Assembly (NCBI GenBank): GCA_001464895.1
Contig: LNEE01000017.1
Location: 138,817-202,816, forward strand
Direction of reading: 5' to 3'
From: Betaproteobacteria bacterium Ga0077532
GTDB lineage: Bacteria > Pseudomonadota > Gammaproteobacteria > Burkholderiales > Ga0077523
DNA: 64,000 nucleotides
Shown here: positions 39,731 to 48,785 of the stretch, one piece after another
Numbering within the stretch: the first letter of the stretch is position 1
Layout of the letters: each line of letters opens with the position of its first letter
Program-made: the position numbers and the translations under genes
Notes under the pieces: generated by a model
The model's input: the letters and a program-made list of their open reading frames with translations, nothing else
What the model was told of the DNA's origin: nothing
The model's database searches: none

Positions 39731-40930
39731 TCAGGAGGTCGCCGCGGGCGCGCGAACCCGCAGACGCCGACCGATCTCGGACAACGCCGTGGCATCCCCG
39801 AAGCCGCCGGCCTTGGTCACCAGCCACACCGCACGGGTGCCGATCATCAACCTCGCGTAGGCGATACCGGGCATCAGCTCGCCTCCGACTGCCAGCGCCG
39901 GGTTGCCGCTCGCCCTCAGGCACGCCACCGCGGTGTCGCCGCCGGTGGCGACGATCGCCTGCGCATTGCCCGCCCCGAGCAATCGCATCGCGTGGCGCGC
40001 AAGCATGTTCGCGACCTCGGCGGCGTCACCCTCCTGGCCCTGCTTGTCGGGCACCGACATCAGCAGGACATCGGCGCCCGGGGACAGCACGGGCTCCTTG
40101 TGCAGTCGACCGTTGACCGCCTCCACCAGACAGGCTCCCTCGGCCGTGAGCGTCAGCGCCTGCTCCCGGGAGGCTGGCGCCCTGGAACCGACCACGAAGA
40201 CGATGCGCCCGAAGACAGCGGGCGGTTCGGGCTGCGCACCCGCGACGGCCAGCGCCCGCGCGAGGGCCGCGGTGAGTCCGGCCGACCCGACGAGCAACCA
40301 ACGCGCGCATTGCGGCAGGGCCGCTGCAGCGATCCCGGAAAGATCGTCATCGGTGGCGGCGTCCACGACGGCCACGGAAAACCCGTCAGGGTCGGCGATG
40401 GCGAACGCGCGCGCCGAGTACGTCCGCGCCGAGGCGGCGGCGTCGTGGGGCGCGAACGCCTCGGCAAGGGGCGCCGTCAGTGAAGGAGAAAGCGCGTCGC
40501 GCGCAAACCCGGTGTCGGCAAGCGGCGCACCGTGCACGAACACGGCACCGCCCCGGACGACGCGGCCCTGGGCAGGGAAGGCTGGCGCCACGACGAGACG
40601 GTCACGACCGGCGAGCCGCTGCAAGGCCCTGGATTCCGCTACCGGATTGCCCCGGAGCGTGGAATCGATCTTCTTCACCACGACGTCGAAGGTCTCGCCG
40701 CCCACCTGCCGCCAGGCCTGCTCCACGCGTTGTCCGGCGGCCTCGGGCGAGAGATGACGCGACTCGGTGTTGACGGACACCACCGTGGCCCGCGCGAAGC
40801 GCGAGGGGTCGCAATCCTCCGGGACCGCGGCGACCCAGGTGGGAAGCCCGCAGGACGCGAAGGGACCGGCAGCATCCATGGCGCCGGTCAGGTCGTCCGC
40901 GATGATGAGGACGCGTGGTCGATCGGTCAT
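39731..40930 (-). CDS. Four-carbon acid sugar kinase (DUF1537, DtnK/DenK-like)
   Basis: IADDLTGAMD; KKIDSTLRGN; PAFPAQGR; TGGDTA; TKAGGFG. Confidence 0.92.
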   Translation of the reverse strand: MTDRPRVLIIADDLTGAMDAAGPFASCGLPTWVAAVPEDCDPSRFARATVVSVNTESRHLSPEAAGQRVEQAWRQVGGETFDVVVKKIDSTLRGNPVAESRALQRLAGRDRLVVAPAFPAQGRVVRGGAVFVHGAPLADTGFARDALSPSLTAPLAEAFAPHDAAASARTYSARAFAIADPDGFSVAVVDAATDDDLSGIAAAALPQCARWLLVGSAGLTAALARALAVAGAQPEPPAVFGRIVFVVGSRAPASREQALTLTAEGACLVEAVNGRLHKEPVLSPGADVLLMSVPDKQGQEGDAAEVANMLARHAMRLLGAGNAQAIVATGGDTAVACLRASGNPALAVGGELMPGIAYARLMIGTRAVWLVTKAGGFGDATALSEIGRRLRVRAPAATS

Positions 40931-40984
40931 TCCAGCAAGGCTCGGGGTGGGATCGGTGAGGGGACGGCGGATCCGGGCGGTCGA

Positions 40985-41974
40985 TCAGGCCGCGGGACGA
41001 CTGGTCATGCGACGTGCGTAGGCGATGGCGGACTGCATGTTCGTGTGATCGGCGCGCCCGGTGCCCGCGATGTCGAAGGCTGTGCCGTGGTCCACGGAGG
41101 TTCGTCGGATCGGCAGACCGAGGGTTACGTTGACCGTGGTGTCGAACGCGATCAGCTTGGTGGGGATGTGTCCCTGATCGTGGTACTGGGCAATCACGAG
41201 ATCGAACTCGCCACGCAGCGCGCGGTAGAAGACGGTGTCGCCGGAGATCGGCCCCCTTGCATCGATGCCCTCCGCCTGGGCGGCGGTCACGGCGCCGTTG
41301 ATCTGGTCGATCTCCTCGCGGCCGAAGATGCCGCCTTCGCCGCAATGCGGGTTGATCCCGGCCACCGCGATGCGCGGATTGGGAATGCCGATCGACACGT
41401 AGTGGCGGTATCCGGTGCGGATGGTGTCGAGAACTCGCTGCGTGGTTGCGCGCTCGGTGGCGACGCGCAGACTGCAATGGGTGGACACGTGAAGGGCCGA
41501 GAGCTTCTCGGAGGCCAGCAACATCCAGGACTGCTTGGTGTCGGTCAGCGTAGCGAGCAGTTCGGTGTGCCCGTCGAAGTGGTGACCCGCGGAATGCAAC
41601 GCGCCCTTGTTGAGGGGTGCCGTCACGATGACGCCGATCTCGCCTGCGAGCGCGAGCGTGACCGCGCGCTCGATGTACCGATAGGCCGCCTCACCGCCAG
41701 CCTCGGAGATCACGCCGACCTTCAGCGTATCGATCCCCTTGGAGTCCACGTGAATGACCGGGACCTCACCGGGGGCCGGGTTCAGGTAGTCGGTGCTGAA
41801 CCGGAGCTTCGATCCCACCACGGCGTCGGCACGCTTCAGCAGATCGAGATTGCCGACCACCGCCGCAGTCGACCGCTCTGCGGGAGACATGTCGGCGAGC
41901 GCCTTCACGATGATCTCCGGGCCGATGCCGGAGGGATCGCCCATGGTGATGCCGAGCCTGGCAGGAGCCGTCAT
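40985..41974 (-). CDS. pdxA2: 4-phospho-tetronate dehydrogenase PdxA2
   Basis: [11 protein letters not shown]; GHTE; GINPHCGE; YHDQG; [14 protein letters not shown]; adjacent to a DUF1537 kinase. Confidence 0.88.
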   Translation of the reverse strand: MTAPARLGITMGDPSGIGPEIIVKALADMSPAERSTAAVVGNLDLLKRADAVVGSKLRFSTDYLNPAPGEVPVIHVDSKGIDTLKVGVISEAGGEAAYRYIERAVTLALAGEIGVIVTAPLNKGALHSAGHHFDGHTELLATLTDTKQSWMLLASEKLSALHVSTHCSLRVATERATTQRVLDTIRTGYRHYVSIGIPNPRIAVAGINPHCGEGGIFGREEIDQINGAVTAAQAEGIDARGPISGDTVFYRALRGEFDLVIAQYHDQGHIPTKLIAFDTTVNVTLGLPIRRTSVDHGTAFDIAGTGRADHTNMQSAIAYARRMTSRPAA

Positions 41975-42074
41975 GCGTTGCCTCTGGAGTGGCCTGGGAA
42001 AAGCCCGCGATTATATGGCCGAAGGTCGCAGCGGGCTTGGGATTTCCGCATCGGTCCGACGGCCACCCCGGCCA

Positions 42075-42977
42075 TCAGGTCTCGACGGTGAGCGCCGAAC
42101 GGACGTCGGCGACTGACGCCGGCGAGGCCCCCATGTTCGTGATGCGCTCAACCGCAGCCTCGACCAGCTGCACGTTGCTCCGGTCGGTGCCGAACGGGAC
42201 GTCCTCGAGACCCGTGCGGACGTGCCCGCCCTCGATAACCGCTCTGGGGATCAACGGAAGCACGTCGACGCCGAGTCCGCCGACCATCCATTGCGCACCG
42301 GGCGCGAACTGGTCGAGCAGATTGAGGTAGGCGGTGACGGCGTAGTCCTCGGGCGGGAACCCGAAGCTGTAGTCCGAGGTGAACATCAGTCGGTAGACCG
42401 GCGCAGGACAACCGCAACGCCAGTGCATTGCCGCCCCGAGCCGGATGAAGCCAGGCTCGTAGATCGCATACGCCGGGTGGAAGGCGAACTGCCGCGCAAG
42501 GCCGAGCGCGTGGCGGATCTGCTCTTCCGGGTTGGCGTACACGAAGCCCGGTTCGTCCCGCTGCAATTGATCCCAATGCGTGATGTTGGTGGAACCCGGG
42601 TCCACCACGGCCCACTCCACGAGCCCCCGCTTCGCGAGTTCCTCGGTGTGGGCGAACCGCTGCTGCGCGTCGGACTGGGGCACGCCGTCGTCGCCCACGA
42701 ACGGGATCGTCGGATACACGATCGCATCCACCTTGTCGCGGATGCCCGCGATGATCTCGGCGTAGGTCTGCCAGTCGTCACGCTGTCGGCCGGTGGCCTC
42801 GTCGTAGGCGTGCACGTGGACGATGGATGCCCCCGCCTCCACGCATGCGACACCTTCTGCAATGATGTCCGCGATGGAGATGGGAATGCGCGGCTGGCGC
42901 GCACGCCCCCACGGGCCGTTCAGTGCAACCTCCAGCCAGACTTTCCGTCCGCCGTCCTGCTGTTCGTCTTCGCTCAT
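42075..42977 (-). CDS. Beta-keto acid cleavage enzyme (BKACE, DUF849), second paralogue
   Basis: LEVALNG; VHVHAY; GHVRTGLED. Confidence 0.88.
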   Translation of the reverse strand: MSEDEQQDGGRKVWLEVALNGPWGRARQPRIPISIADIIAEGVACVEAGASIVHVHAYDEATGRQRDDWQTYAEIIAGIRDKVDAIVYPTIPFVGDDGVPQSDAQQRFAHTEELAKRGLVEWAVVDPGSTNITHWDQLQRDEPGFVYANPEEQIRHALGLARQFAFHPAYAIYEPGFIRLGAAMHWRCGCPAPVYRLMFTSDYSFGFPPEDYAVTAYLNLLDQFAPGAQWMVGGLGVDVLPLIPRAVIEGGHVRTGLEDVPFGTDRSNVQLVEAAVERITNMGASPASVADVRSALTVET

Positions 42978-42987
42978 TTCACCCACC

Positions 42988-43683
42988 TCACAGCGCCGGG
43001 ACGATGGTGACGTCCAGGTCGGCGAACCCTTCGATCCTGCCAGTCAGGCGATCGCCTGCCACCACGGGGCCGACGCCAGCGGGTGTCCCGGTGTAGATCA
43101 GATCACCGGGCTGGAGCATGTAGTAGTCCGAAAGGAAACTGATGGTCTCGGGCACCGACCAGATGAGGTCGGCGAGATCACCGTGCTGCTTCGTCTCGCC
43201 ATTCACGAGGAGCGAGATCGCCCCCTTGGACGGATGTCCGTGGCTGGCCGCGGGATACAGCGGACCGAGCGGCGCGGCCTCGTCGAACGACTTGCCGAAG
43301 TCCCACGGCCGACCCAGATCGCGCGCGGCGAACTGCAGATCGCGCCGGGTCATGTCGAGCCCCACCCCGTAACCGAAGACGTGCGACAACGCGTCGGCGA
43401 CGGGGATGCGCCGCCCGCCCTTGGCGATCGCGACGACGAGTTCGATCTCGTGCTGGTAGTTCTTCGTGCCGGGGGGATAGTGGATGTCGCCGCCACCGGG
43501 GACCACGGAATCGGCCGGCTTCAGGAAGAAGAATGGCGGCTCCTTGTCCGGATCCTTGCCCATCTCCCTGGCGTGTGCGGCGTAATTGCGACCGACGCAG
43601 TACACGCGACGCACTGGAAACATTTCCTTGTGCCCGACGATGGGCACGAGCGTGGGGGCCTGCGGCTCGAACAGGGTGGTCAT
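42988..43683 (-). CDS. Fumarylpyruvate hydrolase (FAH family, NagK-like)
   Basis: RRVYCVGRNYAAHAREMG; HEIEL; DMTRRDLQ; GDLIYTGTPAGVG. Confidence 0.92.
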   Translation of the reverse strand: MTTLFEPQAPTLVPIVGHKEMFPVRRVYCVGRNYAAHAREMGKDPDKEPPFFFLKPADSVVPGGGDIHYPPGTKNYQHEIELVVAIAKGGRRIPVADALSHVFGYGVGLDMTRRDLQFAARDLGRPWDFGKSFDEAAPLGPLYPAASHGHPSKGAISLLVNGETKQHGDLADLIWSVPETISFLSDYYMLQPGDLIYTGTPAGVGPVVAGDRLTGRIEGFADLDVTIVPAL

Positions 43684-43701
43684 GACGAATTCCCGGTGAA
43701 G

Positions 43702-44232
43702 TCAGAAGAGATGAAGGACGCCGGCGATGATGCCCAGAGGCCAGCGCCCGCCTTCGAAAAGGGCGTATTTTCGCACGAAGAGATGATCGGGCCCGGTCCC
43801 GGCGAGGCGCGTCAGGGACAACCCGTTGGCCGCCATGCTCGCCGCGCCGGCCGCGGCGCGGACGAGCGCCTCGTCGGCCACGCCGGCGCGTGCCGCCGCC
43901 ACGGCCGCCGCCCCGTGGATGGCCTCGTGTTCCGCACCGGCGGCAAGACTCAGGCTTTCCAGTGCAGCCGCCTCACCGAGCTTCTCGACACAGCGGCGCA
44001 TCAGGGCACGTCGCTCGGCCTCCTCGCGTTCCCACCAGCTGACGTCCCAGGCTGGGTTGCGGATGATCCGCTCGGCGTGCTCCCACGACGCCACGGGCTC
44101 GACCGGCATGCGCGCCGGCAGCCCGAGCGCGTCCAGATAGGCGCGCGCATCGGCGATGTCGGACGGTTCGAAGGGCAACCCACACGCCGAGAACCAGGCG
44201 GCGGACGACAGGCCATAGAGCTGGGGATTCAC
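43702..44232 (-). CDS. Hypothetical protein
   Basis: GTG start overlaps the gtdA stop; Ala-rich; C-terminal KYALFEGGRWPLG. Confidence 0.65.
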   Translation of the reverse strand: MNPQLYGLSSAAWFSACGLPFEPSDIADARAYLDALGLPARMPVEPVASWEHAERIIRNPAWDVSWWEREEAERRALMRRCVEKLGEAAALESLSLAAGAEHEAIHGAAAVAAARAGVADEALVRAAAGAASMAANGLSLTRLAGTGPDHLFVRKYALFEGGRWPLGIIAGVLHLF

Positions 44233-45272
44233 GCGATGCGCTCCTCGCGCCAAAGATGCAGCGCCTGCTGGACGGGGCGGTCGGAGAAGCTGAACAGCAC
44301 CGTGTCATCGCCCTGGGTGACGAAACGGTACGGCATCCAGGAAGGCACGACGAAGGTGTCGCGCGGCCCGAAGTCGAAGCGCTTGCCGGCGATCTCGACG
44401 ACACCGCGCCCCTCGATCACCTGGAACACGGTGCCATCGGTGCTGCGGTAGGCGTTGCCGGAGAACCCTGCCGGGATCCACTGCACGAACGCCCCCATGG
44501 TCGGCATCGCCGGGCCACCCGTGGATGGGTTGATGAACTGCATGCGGTAGCCGTTCGCCGCATCGACCTCCTGCCCCTTCGACAACCGATGCAGGGCTTC
44601 GCGACTCCGCGCATACGGATACGCGAACACGGGTGACGCACCGTGCGTCGACCGGAAATCGACCGGCAGCAGATTGGCGCCATAGCGCGCCTGCGCATCG
44701 CCCTCCGGCCGGGTCACCGGCTGGGATTCCGCCGGGTAGTTCTCCGCGAACCCGCAGTCGAAGAAACGCACGAGCGGGATGTCGAGTCCGTCGAGCCAGA
44801 CGACCGGGACTTCAGCGGGATTCCCGTGGTCGTGCCACGTCCACGACGGCGTGATGATGAAGTCCCCGGCATGCATCGTCGCGCGCTCGCCGTCGACCGC
44901 GGTGTAGGCGCCCTCGCCTTCCACGATGAGACGCAGCGCGGTCTGCGTATGGCGATGGCTGGGCGCGACCTCGCCGGGCAGGATCAGCTGCAGACCGGCG
45001 TATAGAGATTGGGTGATGGAAGAGGAGCCCGGCATCCCCGGGTTCTCGAGGATCAGGACCCGCCGCACCGCCTCGCGGGCCGTGATGAGCGTGCCGGACT
45101 CCATGAGCGCAGGACGGATGGCGTCGTAGTGCCAGAGGTGAGGCACGCAGGGTGTCCGCGGGGTCTCCGGCACGAGTGCCGACATGGCCTCCCAGAGCGG
45201 GGTCATGCCCTGGGTGCCGATTCGCCGGTAGTAGTCGTCGCGCGCTGCGCGGTTGTCGACGGGCTGGTTCAC
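44229..45272 (-). CDS. gtdA: Gentisate 1,2-dioxygenase
   Basis: RRVLILENPG; APSHRHTQTALR; WTWHDH; WLDGLDIP; SFSDRPVQ. Confidence 0.93.
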   Translation of the reverse strand: MNQPVDNRAARDDYYRRIGTQGMTPLWEAMSALVPETPRTPCVPHLWHYDAIRPALMESGTLITAREAVRRVLILENPGMPGSSSITQSLYAGLQLILPGEVAPSHRHTQTALRLIVEGEGAYTAVDGERATMHAGDFIITPSWTWHDHGNPAEVPVVWLDGLDIPLVRFFDCGFAENYPAESQPVTRPEGDAQARYGANLLPVDFRSTHGASPVFAYPYARSREALHRLSKGQEVDAANGYRMQFINPSTGGPAMPTMGAFVQWIPAGFSGNAYRSTDGTVFQVIEGRGVVEIAGKRFDFGPRDTFVVPSWMPYRFVTQGDDTVLFSFSDRPVQQALHLWREERIA

Positions 45273-45324
45273 GGGGTCTCCTCCCTGAGGCCGATGCGAT
45301 GAAGGCACGGGGGTGCCTGGACGG

Positions 45325-46026
45325 TCAGGGCAGGATCGGGAGGCGCAGCCCGAAATCCTTCTCGACGAGTTCGGTCACCCGCCCGAGGAAATCCTCGCGC
45401 ATCTCGTCGTTGCTGCGCTGCTTCAGGCCGAGGCGCCGGTACATCTCGTTGTTCTTCGAGTTGCTCGCCCCGAAGAACGCCGGCGTGATCGGAAAATAAC
45501 GATCGAGGGCATCCTGCACCTCGGAAGCACGGCCCGCCTGGATGAGTTCGAGGCAGAAGTCCTTGCCGAACTTCGCGTGGAATTTCTCCTCCGGCATCGT
45601 GATGCGGGCAAGATTGCGCAGCGGATGGAACGAGCAGTGGAGAAGGTCCTCGACCTGCAGGATCTCGGCGTAGTCGGCAACGGCCTTGATCACGCAGAAC
45701 TCCGGCCACGTGCGCAGCTGGAACTCGAAGATCGACAGCGGTCGCTTGGTGCCGGGATCCATGCGATCGGGCGCCACACCCATTTCCTCGGCGAGCGTGC
45801 GGAAGCGGACGTGGTGATGGTATTCCTCCATCGCGACGCGACAGGTGAGCCACTTCGCGTAGGGCGTAGGCGCCAGGGCGATCGCGGGCTCGTCGAACAC
45901 CTGCGCTCCGTACAACTCGTTCACTGCGTGGCTGATCACGATCTTCTCGACCGCCACCCGGTACTCCTCAGGCTGCGTGGCGAGGTCTGCGACCGTCTTC
46001 ACATCCGGTATGGCGACTGCGCTCAT
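45325..46026 (-). CDS. Stand-alone ferritin-like diiron oxygenase (PaaA/BoxB-type)
   Basis: Ligand pattern NE(LYG)...EEYHH...AD...EEKFHAKFG; Y..LGLKQRSN; GGGAG RBS before ATG 46026. Confidence 0.8.
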   Translation of the reverse strand: MSAVAIPDVKTVADLATQPEEYRVAVEKIVISHAVNELYGAQVFDEPAIALAPTPYAKWLTCRVAMEEYHHHVRFRTLAEEMGVAPDRMDPGTKRPLSIFEFQLRTWPEFCVIKAVADYAEILQVEDLLHCSFHPLRNLARITMPEEKFHAKFGKDFCLELIQAGRASEVQDALDRYFPITPAFFGASNSKNNEMYRRLGLKQRSNDEMREDFLGRVTELVEKDFGLRLPILP

Positions 46027-46047
46027 GGTCGTTGCTCCCATTGATAT

Positions 46048-46977
46048 CTAGAGAAGGGGTTCGGTGTTGAACAGTTCGAGATCTGTCGCGAGATCGGTGA
46101 GGCGGTCGGCGAACTCGGCCTCCAGCACCCCGCCGAGCGCCAGCGCATCCTGCCGGTCGAGCGGCTCGCTCACCACGCGTGCCACGGGCCGGGCCTGCGA
46201 GAAGAGAAAGATCTCCCGCCCCCGCACGCCGAGGATCTGCCCGGTGAATCCGTTCGCCGGACTAACGAGGAACGCGATGACCCGCGCGACGTGCTCTGCG
46301 GGAATCCGCAGCCCGCGCGCCTTGTACTCGGCTTGCGCATCGTTGGCCGCCTGGATCGACTCCGTGACGCGCGTGGCGGCGAACGGCGCCACGGCGTTGC
46401 ACAGGATCCCGGAGCGGTGGAGGTCCATCGCGACCGTGCGCGTGAGACCGGCGAGACCGGCCTTCGCCGAGGCATAGGCGCTCTGCGCGAAGTTGCCCAC
46501 GAGCCCGGCGCTGGAGATGACGTTCACGATGCGGCCGGGCGCACGACCGGTCTTCACCTGATCGCGCATGGCGGGCGTCGCCGCCGCGAGAATCGCGAAC
46601 GGAGTGTGCAGGTTCACCTCGAGCACGCGCTGCCAGTCGTCCCGCTGCGCCTTGAAGATGAAGCCGTCGCGCAGGATCGCGGCGTTGTTGACGACGATGT
46701 CGATGGCGCCGAAGCGCTCCCGGGCTGCGGCGACGGCCGCCTCGGCCTGGCCCGGCGAAGCGAGATCGGCGATGAAAGCTGCGGCACGGCCGCCCAGCGA
46801 AGCGGCAACGGCATTCGCAACGGATGGATCTGGAGCGTCCCCGCCGATGCCAACGCCTGCATCGGCCACGAGAACCGAGGCCCCGAGCGCGTGCAAGGTT
46901 CGGGTCACCGCAAGGCCGATCCCGCGCGCCCCGCCCGTCACCAGCGCGACACGCCCTTCGAGCAGCGGTGCAGTCAT
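46048..46977 (-). CDS. SDR family oxidoreductase (MFE-2 / hydroxyacyl-CoA dehydrogenase-like)
   Basis: TGGARGIG; NNAAILRD; YASAK. Confidence 0.9.
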   Translation of the reverse strand: MTAPLLEGRVALVTGGARGIGLAVTRTLHALGASVLVADAGVGIGGDAPDPSVANAVAASLGGRAAAFIADLASPGQAEAAVAAARERFGAIDIVVNNAAILRDGFIFKAQRDDWQRVLEVNLHTPFAILAAATPAMRDQVKTGRAPGRIVNVISSAGLVGNFAQSAYASAKAGLAGLTRTVAMDLHRSGILCNAVAPFAATRVTESIQAANDAQAEYKARGLRIPAEHVARVIAFLVSPANGFTGQILGVRGREIFLFSQARPVARVVSEPLDRQDALALGGVLEAEFADRLTDLATDLELFNTEPLL

Positions 46978-48014
46978 GTGTTGCCCTCCTTACTTTCAGC
47001 GGGGTGAAACGCGTCTGCGTGGATGTCGCGAGTCGCGACTCCGCGCGATGTCAGCAGTGCAGTGGCGGCATCCACCATCGCCGGTGGCCCGGCCACGTAG
47101 GCCTTGAAACCGTCGAGCCGCGCGAAGTCCTCCGCGACAGCATCGGTGACGAGGCCGAAGCGGCGCGGACCGGCGTGCAAGCCTGTGTTGGCGTCGGGAT
47201 CGGAAAGGACGACATGCGCCGAAGAGCCAGTGTGCCCCTCCACCCAGTTGCGCATCTCCGCCTCGCCATAGACATCGCGCTCTGCGCGCCCACCGAAGTA
47301 AGCGTGAACAGGACTCGCAAGCCCCTGTTTGCGCATCGTGGCGACGATCGACCGCACGGGTGCGAAGCCGCTGCCGCCGGCGATCACGATCACGGGACCG
47401 GTGTGGTTGGCCCGCAGATACGACGTCCCGAAGGGTCCGGAGACACGCACGGTGTCGCCCGATCGAAGCCCCGCCGCGAGGCCGGCGCTCACTGAGCCGC
47501 CCCGCATCTCGCGGATATGGAACTCGAGGGTGGCTTCGTCAGGGCAACTGGCCATGGAGTAGTCGCGCGCCCGACCGGGCGCGAATGGAAACTCGATCGA
47601 GGCGTACTGCCCGGCACTGAAGGTGAAGGGGCCGCCCGACTGGATATCGAGGCGCAAACGATGGATGTCGTGGGTGACGCGATCGAGGGATGCCACCGAG
47701 CAACGCAGGATGCGCGACGGATGGACGATGAACTCCTCGTCGTCGAGCTTCCGGATCACGGTGTCGCCCCAGACCTGACTGCGGCAGGCGAGAACGACGC
47801 CCCGCGCACGATCCGCGGGGTCCAGGGCATGCTCGGAATACTCCAGCTCGAGGATGTCGCCCGACACCAGTTCGCAGCGGCAGGTGCCGCAGTTCCCCGC
47901 CTGGCAGCTGTACGAGAACCCGACGCCCGCCATCAGCAGCGCATCCAGAATCGTGTCGCCCGGCTCCGCTTCCACCGTGACGGGCGTGCCGTCGATGCTG
48001 ATGCTGTGGGACAT
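46974..48014 (-). CDS. [2Fe-2S]-FAD NAD(P)H oxygenase reductase
   Basis: CQAGNCGTC...LAC; RDYSMAS; GGSGFAP; AGPP. Confidence 0.92.
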   Translation of the reverse strand: MSHSISIDGTPVTVEAEPGDTILDALLMAGVGFSYSCQAGNCGTCRCELVSGDILELEYSEHALDPADRARGVVLACRSQVWGDTVIRKLDDEEFIVHPSRILRCSVASLDRVTHDIHRLRLDIQSGGPFTFSAGQYASIEFPFAPGRARDYSMASCPDEATLEFHIREMRGGSVSAGLAAGLRSGDTVRVSGPFGTSYLRANHTGPVIVIAGGSGFAPVRSIVATMRKQGLASPVHAYFGGRAERDVYGEAEMRNWVEGHTGSSAHVVLSDPDANTGLHAGPRRFGLVTDAVAEDFARLDGFKAYVAGPPAMVDAATALLTSRGVATRDIHADAFHPAESKEGNT

Positions 48015-48263
48015 GGATCGCGATCCGATATCTCGTAGTTATCGAGTTTGGTGAAACGACCGGGAGAAGGCTGTCCGCTGCCGGCCGCCCGCCGCCCCCA
48101 TCCGACAGGTTCGGCGAGCCCCCAGGAACTTCGCGCAGATCTGCGCGTTCCGCCCTTCAGAAAGACCCCCATCCCGCAGTGGAACGACGACCGCTCGGGA
48201 GACCATTACACCCACGCTGGCAAGCATCGCGCGACCGATTTAGTATCCCCAGACGATCATTTG

Positions 48264-48785
48264 ATGTCAAACAATGTGACTACCACCGAAAAGGGGCCCG
48301 CGCGGAGCCGCGCGGCCACCAGAAGCGCCGCCACACCGCCTGCCGGAGAGATCGGCCTGGGCATGCTCCCGGAGCTCATCGGGTATCACGTGAGACTCGC
48401 GCAGATGGCCGTGTTCGCAGACTTCGAGCGGTCGCTCGGAACACTCGATCTCTCGCCTGGGCTTTTCGGGCTGCTGGTCATCATCGAGGCGAACCCAGGG
48501 TTGCGGCAGATCCAGCTCGCGGCTGCCGCGCGGCTGGACCGCTCGACACTCGTGCCCGCCCTCGACAAACTCGAGGCTCGCGGACTCGTGGAACGCCGCG
48601 CGGCACCTGACGATCGCCGATCGAACGGACTTTTCCTCACGCGGCCAGGCGCTGGATTGCTGCAGCGCGCCAAGGCAATCGTGCGGGACCATGAGCAACG
48701 GATCGCAGGAGCACTCAGCGCCGAGGAGCGCGCGGTGCTCGTGCGCTGCCTCGATCGTCTCGCACCGGAGGTCAGGGAATCTTGA
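48264..48785 (+). CDS. MarR family transcriptional regulator
   Basis: LIGYHVRLAQ; LDRST; DDRRS; divergent from the catabolic cluster. Confidence 0.9.
   Translation: MSNNVTTTEKGPARSRAATRSAATPPAGEIGLGMLPELIGYHVRLAQMAVFADFERSLGTLDLSPGLFGLLVIIEANPGLRQIQLAAAARLDRSTLVPALDKLEARGLVERRAAPDDRRSNGLFLTRPGAGLLQRAKAIVRDHEQRIAGALSAEERAVLVRCLDRLAPEVRES

Noticed and set aside
40985-41974. Vitamin B6 biosynthetic pdxA
   Set aside because: Adjacency to a DUF1537 kinase indicates catabolic PdxA2.
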